Origin: Octopus sinensis
Lineage: Eukaryota
Assembly (NCBI RefSeq): GCF_006345805.1
Contig: NC_042998.1
Coordinates: 168,144,001 to 168,208,000 of the forward strand
Reading direction: 5' to 3'
Length of the DNA: 64,000 bases
Shown: one piece after another, positions 55,386 through 64,000 of the stretch
Numbering within the stretch: the stretch's first letter is position 1
Layout: each line of letters starts with the position of its first letter
Notes under the pieces: generated by a model
Databases searched by the model: none
What the model saw: the letters and a program-made list of their open reading frames with translations, nothing else
What the model was told of the DNA's origin: nothing
Position numbers and translations under genes: made by a program

Positions 55386-56119
55386 GTTTAAAACAAAGAA
55401 CAACCGAGAAGCAGACAAAAACAAAAATCCAAAAAGAGGTACAGAATGTCATCCACATGAACTTGTTTATATCGCCAAATTACAGCTTAGCATTTTAAAG
55501 AGATCTGAAGCTGTTTTATCAAGCAAAGTCAGTTATTAGTTACAGAATTAATTTAAAATCAGATACTTGATCAAATGCACACCGAAAATTATTTTATATA
55601 AAATTACTATATTTTAAAATAGAGCGAAGAATTTCATTACCCATTACATATTCTGAAAGAGGATTAGTGAAAGTGTACATGTATCTAGGATTTTTGCGCA
55701 GTGTTGTGTGCGTGTGTGTTTCTGTGAGTGGCTGGGAGATGCTTTGTCTGCATCTATACATGTGTGTGAATGTGTGTGTATGTATGTATGTATGTATGTA
55801 TGTATGTATGTATGTATGTATGTATGTATGTATGTATGTATGTATGTATGCATGTATGTATGTACGTATATATCTTTTACTTGTTTAACCCATTTTAATC
55901 CAGGTTAACCCTGTCGAAATTTTAAAGATAGTCATGTAAATAGAGATAACAAACATACGGAAGCGTCCAGTTAACCTTTATTGCAGTAAATAAACCAAAA
56001 ACAATGGTTAAATAAATACAACAAACACTATTTTGCTTCCAGCTAACCTTTATTTCGGTAAATAAACCAAATACAACTGTCCTCAAACGAGGACTGTGGG
56101 TTAATATAGGTTAAGTTGT

Positions 56120-56470
56120 TAGATTGCAGCTATGCTAGGCACTGGCTAGAAGGGTTTAGTCAAAGAAATCGACCCCAGTACATTTTGTTTTTAAAGTCTG
56201 GTGCTTATTCGATTGGACAATTTTTGCCGAACCACTAAGCTTAAAAGGATGTAAACAGCTAACAACGGCTGTTAAGCGATGGTTGAAGAGAACCACAAAA
56301 ACAGACACACATAGATATAAACATGCATATATGCGACGGGCTTCCTTCAGTTTCCGTCTACCAAATCCACTCACAAGGCTTTGGTGGCCCGGGACTATAG
56401 AAGATACTTGCCTAAGATGCCACGTGAAAGGACTGAATCCGAAACCATGTGGTTAGGAAGCAAACTTCTT
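56120..56470 (-). mobile_element. SINE family B, degraded
   Basis: Family B body and head. Confidence 0.75.
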
Positions 56471-57819
56471 TATTTCATAAAATTAGCCACAAGGGCTTTA
56501 CATAGAAGCAATGCGGGTTGGACAATAAACAAAAATTAGATGAACGAAACAAAATAGATGATATTAATGGGAGAAGATAGACAACGCCCGCCGATCGCTA
56601 CTTCTCGAAAACATTGTTCATTTTTCCCCCCAAAAAAAACATAAATGAGGTGTTGAACGTCCTACATTGATTCACAAATGGACTCCACGTCCTTACAAAA
56701 TGAGGCACTAAGCCTCTTACCTTTTGCCACACAACCGCATCTGCACAACAATGTACATGGTTGTAAAATAATTTAAAGAATATGCAAGAAATACTCATGC
56801 CCAATTACCAGTATCAGCAATGTTTAGCAAACTTTTAATTACAAAACCATACTTACGACTCATAAATTAATTTCTAAATATGAAAATGGTATTTTCATGA
56901 ACATGATAATGATAGTGTTGATATGAATAAGTGTATAGAGATGGTAATGGTAGTATCATTGGCAACGGCAGCGATATTGCCGATAATAATAGTAATAATG
57001 CTGGTGACGTAATTTATGCTGACGACGACAACGATGCGGATCAACATTACCACGATGACGGCGACGAGGCGGGTGTAGGGATGGGGCTGCTGCTCCTGTT
57101 GAAGGTGGCGGTGATGACTGTGACGATGATTACGACGTCATCGTCTATAGAATCGTCAAGAACTTATGTATATACATATATATACGCACACACATACACA
57201 CGCACACACACACACACATATGTGGTTCCAATTTTGGTAAAAGACCATCAATGTCGGGAGTGGTGGTGGTGGTGGTGGTGGTGGTGGTGAGGAATTAATC
57301 GATAACATCAGCCCAGTACTCAGCTAGTACTTATTTTATCGACCTCAAACGACGAAAGGCAAAATCGATGGCGGCGGAATTTGAACTAAGAGGTGAAGAG
57401 CCTGTAGGCATTTTGTCCAACACACTCACAATTTTGCCAGCTTGTCGCCTAATGGTATGTTAATTATAAAACAACCAAATATATTAAAACTGCTTTTCAT
57501 ATCTACCCACATTTCTTTAACAAATAATCCTCAGTGTTAAAAGTCCAAATTATCGATCAACTGACAAATGTTTAACTAGGAACTTTGACAATCTCATTTA
57601 TTTGTCATATAATACGAAAGCAAATAGCTGTTTGCATAGCTTTACGGCTGGTAGAAGTTACATGTACTCTAAATACCGACTTAGGTTATTAAATTCATTT
57701 AAAGTGGGTTTTTCTTTTTTATGAATTTCTAAATTTTAAGACTATTCCATCCCCAGTAGGTCGTGGTTAGACATATTGAAAAATGGCGATAATTTTACAA
57801 TATTAATTCTATGACAGAA

Positions 57820-58030
57820 GGCGGTGAGTTGGCAGAATTGTTTAAACGCCGGATAAACTTCTTAACGGCATTTCGTCTGTCTACATGTTCTGAGTTCAAA
57901 TTCCGCCAATTTTGCTTATCATCCTTTCGGGGTCGATAAAATAAGTACCAGCTGAACACTGGGGTCGATGTAATCGGCTTAACCCCTTCCGATATTGCTG
58001 GCTTTCTACCAAAATTGGAAACCAGTATTA
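57820..58030 (+). mobile_element. SINE family A'
   Basis: GGCGGTGAGTTGGCAGAA head. Confidence 0.8.
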
Positions 58031-58867
58031 CTTCTATGAGAGTGTGTGCTTTATTTCACACCAATTATTCATGAGTGAAGGAATATTTACTTTCAAAGCT
58101 TAAAACTTTTGTTTGATAATTAAATTTTATGATCATTCCCGCAATGATGATAATTATCCACCAAAAACTGAATTGATACATTCTGTCTCTACAATACATT
58201 TTCCGTATCTCCTGTAAGTAAGGTTTTCATATCCGCCACAAAAAGTATTTGATTCTTGCTCTGTAAAAGAGATATTTGAAGAAAGATGTGAAAAAAATTT
58301 AGAAAAATCTGAAGAATTTTCTTTCGTAGACAAAAAAAGTATCACGAGGGGTTTCTCCGCTTCCCGCAACATTAGGAAAGGCCTTTTTCAAAGCCGTTGG
58401 TTACACAGCTTCCTACAGTTAACAATAATGACACATTGAACGGATATACCCGCTTCACGCATTGAAGTGGTTAATCCAGTCACTTGTTATTCAGAAAATA
58501 TAGTTTTTTATTAAGTATTTTGTTATCTCCAAAAACACGTACTAGTTTTGATAGATGATCGAAGCTAATTTGCTGAGTCGGTTATTATCGACAATAGATT
58601 CATCAACGTTAAATAAGGTTCATTCTTCCTCAATAAAAATAGGCTTTCCAACAGATGAGAAATTAATACTTTCCATTAAATCAAGATAATAAATATATTA
58701 TTTGGTATTTGAAGAAGACCAGTATCGATTGTAAATACTGGAGAGAACCAAGTTCTGAATCTCGCTGATTCTTTCAAAGTCGACAGTGTTTTCCCTCATG
58801 CAGTAGTTAAAATAACCATTGTTGCAGTAATTAGCAATGCATTTCTTCCTGCTATTGATACAAGGGT

Positions 58868-59155
58868 GGAGGCTCAATGGCCCATTGGTTAGGGCAGCAG
58901 ACTCGTGGTCGGAGGATCGCGGTTTTGATTCTCATACCGGGCGTTATGTATGTTTATTGAGCGAAAACAACTAAAAGCCCCACGAGGCTCCGTTGTACTC
59001 TTTCGGCACAACTTTCTCTCACTCTCTTTTCCTGTTTCTTGAGTAACGCTGCAATGGACTGGCGTCCCGTCCAGCTGGGGGGAACACATACATCACAGAA
59101 ACCGGGAAACCGGGCCTATGAGCCTGGCTAGGCTTGAAAAGGGCGAAAAAAAAAA
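58868..59155 (+). mobile_element. SINE family D, near full length
   Basis: tRNA head; central ATGGACTGGCGTCCCGTCCAG block, which I recall from Meta-type SINE cores (unverified); 3' end also seen at about 48560-48610; A-rich tail. Confidence 0.75.
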
Positions 59156-59159
59156 TTGA

Positions 59160-60105
59160 TACAAGGCCTAAAATTTTCAAAGATATGGTAAGGGCTAGTT
59201 GATTACATCAAACCCAGTACTCGACTGGTTCATATTTTAACCGATCCCGAAAGAATGAAAGGAAAGTAGACGTCGGCGAAATTTGAACTCAAACCTAAAA
59301 GCCACAAGAAACACCACTTAACATTTTGTCCGATATGCAAATAATTCTGCCACTTCAGCATTTAGTAGTATATTGATTTCAAAATTTGGCACAAAGCCAA
59401 CAGTTTCAAGGATTATGGCAAGTCGGTTACATCGACTCCAGTGCTTAACTGGTACTTATTCTATCGACTCCGAATGAACAAAAGACAAAGTTGTCCTCGG
59501 CGGAATTTAAACTCCGTAAAGACGGAGGAAATGCCGATAAGCACTTTCTTTGGCGTGCCAACGATTCTGCTAGCTTAATATTGATTCTGCTGTCTTAATA
59601 TTAGTTACAGATTTTGGCAAAAGTCCAGCAATTTCGTGGAGGGAGTAAATCAATTACATCGACCCCAGTGCTCAACTAGTACTTATTTTATCGACCCCGA
59701 AAGAATGAAAGGTAAAGTCAACTTCAGCGGATATGTTTGTCTTAATAATGATTTCAAATTTTGACCTAAGGCCAGAAGATGTGCGAGTCGGTGCAAGTCG
59801 ATTGCATCGACCCCGGTATTCAACTGGTACTTATTTAATCGATCTTGAAATGATGAAAGGCAAAGTCGACTCGGTAGATATGTTTATCTTAATATTGGTT
59901 TCAAATTTCGGTACAATGCCAGCAATTTCGGAGGAGGGGTTAAGTCGATTACATTGACCCCAGTAATCAACTGGTACTTATTTATATTGACCTCGAAAGG
60001 ATGAAAGGGAAAGTCAACCTCGATCGAATTTGAACCCATATTGTAAAGACGGACGAAAAGCTGCGACGCATTTTTTCCAGTGCGCTAATGATTGCGCCAG
60101 CTGAA
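59160..60105 (-). mobile_element. Cluster of about five same-orientation SINE A' copies
   Basis: Repeated TTTCAAATTTTGGCACAAGGCC...CGACCCCAGT...GAAAGGCAAAGTC blocks. Confidence 0.75.
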
Positions 60106-61026
60106 ACGACACCTTCGGTGTTTGTTCACTGATCGGTAGGACAACATAATTGAAAATAAGTGAGTTATGCTACCTGTTGTAAAGTTTATAACATAACTTG
60201 CGGCGAGCGTCGAAAACAAAATATGTTTTGCGGTATTTATTCCGTCATTTTACGTTCTAAGTTCAAATGCTGTCGTGGTCAACTTTGCTTTTCGTCCTTT
60301 TGAGGTTGATAAAATAAAGTATCATTCAAGTACTCGGGCCTTTGGTATCGACTAAAACCCTACCCATAAAGTTCTACCACAACCAGAAACCATTATTCTG
60401 TAAGTAATAATATCAAGTTTTTGTCTTTCTCTTAGATTACACTTATGCTTGTTCCTATGTTTGTGTGGGGAAAGAAACAAATAGGGACAAGAAAAAAGTG
60501 AAAAAGAAAACAAACGGAAGATAATTGAGAAACCATGGCAGGTGGCTTGAGCAGCAAGATGAAAAGACCATCATTTTGGTAACAGGCTAGTATTTGTCTA
60601 GCTAACCTTCCTATCTAGGTCATCTCTCTCTCCCTCCTTCTCTCTCTCATTCCCCCTCTCTCTCTCACCAGTGTTTTAATGTGTAAATAACAACGAAATG
60701 CCACTCAAGTTAACATTTGTCTCGGTATACAATTTCAATTCAAGAGACTGATATCCCGCAAAAAAACTAACCGAAGTTATCAGAGTAGTATCAATACTAT
60801 ATATATATATATATATATATGTACGAGGGGTGAAAAAAATTCCTGGCTTGGATGAAGGCTCAACCTTCAGCGTTCTTTTACAGGACTTAGAAAAGTTAAA
60901 GGACCGCTGCAATATGTGTGTGCATCTGAAAGAGGAATATGTTGAATAAAATCATAACTAATTGATCCTCCTCTATTTTCTTTAACTCAAAACCACGAAC
61001 TTTTCAGTACACCCCCACCCCGCTGT

Positions 61027-61062
<36 letters not shown>

Positions 61063-61356
61063 ATTCTCAAACAGGTTTAATTCTGTGTTTGTCTCTCTTT
61101 TATTTAGTACTAGGTATTAATGAAACACTAATGTAGTTTGTGATATTTAATTACGTTCTGAGTTCAAATCCTATTGAGTTCGATTTGACCATTTTTAAAT
61201 TCCTGTATTAATAAAGTAAGTGTCAATGAAGTACCAAGGGGGATGTATTAGAAAGGTCCTGCCACTAAAATTACTGATTTTAAGCCTATGTCAGAATTTG
61301 TTATAATTGCGCCCCTTCATCTATGACCCTGTAGCTAATAAAAGAAATTAAGAAAA

Positions 61357-61417
<61 letters not shown>

Positions 61418-61527
61418 GTTGTTGTTGTTGTTGTCGATAAAATAAATACCCGTTGAGTACTGGAGTCGATGTAATCGACTAATCCCCTCATTCCAAATTT
61501 CAGGCGTTGTGCCTTTGGTAGAAAGGA

Positions 61528-61816
61528 TTGTTATTATTGTTTCTCTTTATCACAGGTTTTGTTAGAGCTTCTGGAGTCTTACATGCATATTGGGTTTGCT
61601 ACCTGCAGCCTACGGTACTATGCTAGTCATTCTTTTCAGGTATCTAATACTTTCCTGATTATTCTGACTGTGCCAAGGAGGTAAACCTTATGTAACAGTT
61701 CTACTGGGCACTCTATTCCGATTCCTTAATATTCCCTTTGATGCCTAATGATACTGTTCCCAAGGAACCAACAATAACTGGCACTATCTTCACCTTCTAC
61801 ATTTTCCATAGCCGGG
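61528..61816 (-). pseudogene. 5'-truncated R4/Dong-like non-LTR 3' end
   Basis: Minus-strand KVKIVPVIVGSLGTV...LLGTVRIIRKVLDT*, then 3'UTR and a short (TAA) tail. Confidence 0.75.
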
Positions 61817-63093
61817 ATTATTATTATTGTTTTTTTCCTTGTTTCTTCAAATTTTCTTCCATTTCTCGTCGAGTGTTTTCTATACACCTAGGGCAGAGAA
61901 GCTCATTGTATGCATTCCCAGATTACACACGCAAATTCACAGGTAAAATATGTATTTAAAAAATTAATAAATTCATGAATGTATGTTGTTTTCATAGCGA
62001 TAATGCTCTTCTCAGTACATGAGTCGTTCCAGTTAACACGATTTTTTGCACTTCCTGAAGAGATGGTAAGCCTGGTATCATTTTCAAATAGGTTTCAGTA
62101 CCTTTTTTTTATTATTTTTCATAGAGATAATACAATCACTGGTACTGTAGTCACTCTGAGATGCCACATTTCTATTAGCAAGTCTTTATATTTACTAATC
62201 TTGTCAAATTCTTTCGCCGCTATTTTGTGATGGCAATGAATACTCATGTCAATTAATAAATACACATTTTTTATCTGATCTTTTATAATAATATCCGGTT
62301 TATTAGCTTCTATAGTTTTGTCGGTATGTACGAGAAAGTCCCAGAGAATCGACACATTTTCTCCCTCAGTCACAGCTTCAGGATGGTGGTTATACCATTT
62401 GTCAGCGGTTTTGATTTTATGATGCCGTCATATTGTCCAATGTAAATACTGGCCAACTCTGTCATGTCTTGCTTTATATTCTGCAGGTGCTAAGACACTA
62501 CACCCTGAGATTAGGTGGTCTATAGTTTCAATCTCATCATTACAGAATCGGCATTTTGGGTCAGCTCCATTTTTTATCACATTGGCTTGGTAGTTCCGGG
62601 TTAATAAGCTTTGGTCTTGAGCAGCTAATAGGAAACCTTCACTCTCTGCTTTTAGCCCTGAGCTTCGTAACCATTGGTGCGTGTGTTTCTGGTCGACATC
62701 AGTTTGTTTGCTATGGGCCACATACTTGCCATGCAGAGGTTTCTGTTTCCATCTGCTAGCTAATTTTTCATGTGCTTTTGTCTTTGTAATTAATTTTATT
62801 TTCTTTGCAGCAGCAGTTGGCGCATTTCCTTCAACCTGATCAATCTGGTAGGTATCTAAGAGATCAGTAGCGATTTTTTTGCTCTCTTTCAGAATAGAGT
62901 GAAGTTTTTTCGGTCTTTCATGTTCTTCAACAAGTTTTAGCATCCTGCTTTTGTCTTTGCAATTAATTTTCTTTTCTTTGCAGTAGCAGTTGGCGCATTT
63001 CCTTCAACCTGATCAATCTGGTAGGTATCTAAGAAATCATTAGTGATTTTTTTGCTCTCTTTCAGAAAAGAGTGATTTTGCTCTCTTTCAGAA

Positions 63094-63095
<2 letters not shown>
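61817..63095 (-). mobile_element. 5'-truncated R4/Dong-like non-LTR retrotransposon (REL-endonuclease C-terminus)
   Basis: WKQKPLHGKY, LKAESEGFLLAAQDQ, CCHC knuckle CRFC...ETIDHLISGC, RHD, ILWDF, KPDI...LIDMS (PD-(D/E)xK), LTGTTHVLRRALSL* (stop at 61992-61994); (TAA)n at both ends. Confidence 0.9.
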
Positions 63096-63143
<48 letters not shown>

Positions 63144-63354
63144 GAGGGTTAGCATGCCTGGCAAAACGCTAAGATCGACTTTTATCCTTTTCGGGGTCGA
63201 TAAAATAAGCATCAGGTTAGTACAAGAGTCGATGTAATCGACTAGCCTCCTGTGCTTATAATTGAAAGAAAAAAATGATTATTGACTGAATGAGAACAGT
63301 AGAATATGTGCGTGGCTATCTTTGTACAAAAATACACACACACACACGCACGCA

Positions 63355-63414
<60 letters not shown>

Positions 63415-63639
63415 TGCGTTCACTTGGGCAAATACTAAAATACACATACAAACATAATAGCTTGACTCTAATTTCCATAACAATATTAAGCAAAAAAGAA
63501 AAGGAAGAAAAACAATCATGATGAAAGTAATACACAAAAAACTTAGGCCGACTAGTTATGAAAATGAGTTATAGAGAGGCTCATGAAACAAGCTTAAACA
63601 ATTGTATACAATAAATAACTTGCAATAACCGGTGGGAGA

Positions 63640-64000
63640 TTTTTTTCCTTTTATTTGTTTTATTATTGGACTCTTACCATGCTGGGTCGCCGCCTTGAAG
63701 TTTTTAGACGAACAAATCAATCACAAATAATTTATTTTCTTATGTCTGATAATTATTCTATCGGTCTCTTTACTAAAGGGATGTAATCAAACATCACTGA
63801 TTGACACACACGCACACACACTAACATACACATGTATTTATATGACAAGTTTCAACACAGTTTTCGTCTACCAAATTTTCTCACAAGTTTTTGTCTGCTC
63901 TGGATAAAGTAGAAGATTCGTGCCTAAGGTGCTGTGAAATAGAACTGAACCCGAAACACGTGTTTACAAAGCAAGCTTCTTAACCACATAGCCACGCATG
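63640..64000 (-). mobile_element. SINE family B, degraded
   Basis: Family B tail, body and head up to the window end. Confidence 0.65.

Noticed and set aside
58140-58850. Microsatellite-free segment with a 72-aa ORF; possible host exon
   Set aside because: Stops in the frames I read and no recognisable domain; a translated search would be needed.

Overview
AT-rich, microsatellite-saturated, non-genic eukaryotic DNA. The repeat make-up suggests an octopus/cephalopod genome, but that is inference and was not searched. No intact host gene is visible; nearly all listed ORFs are translations of microsatellites or SINEs. The window contains dozens of copies of at least four tRNA-headed SINE families, small Helitron-like elements, a hAT-type MITE and a decayed hAT transposase. 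It also holds a TA-flanked, DDE-less pogo-like transposon with HTH and PHD remnants, and R4/Dong-like non-LTR relics sitting in (TAA)n. The most notable signal is a set of minimal hammerhead-ribozyme motifs with palindromic helix III. One has a fully intact core (4627-4715, minus strand) and two occur as mirror-image pairs inside long inverted duplications (about 18.0-18.7 kb and 23.1-23.9 kb). They lie in short, mutually unrelated, non-coding elements bordered by (TA)n, which points to several Penelope-pLTR-like or retrozyme-like families. Coordinates were counted by hand; degenerate repeat boundaries are approximate.
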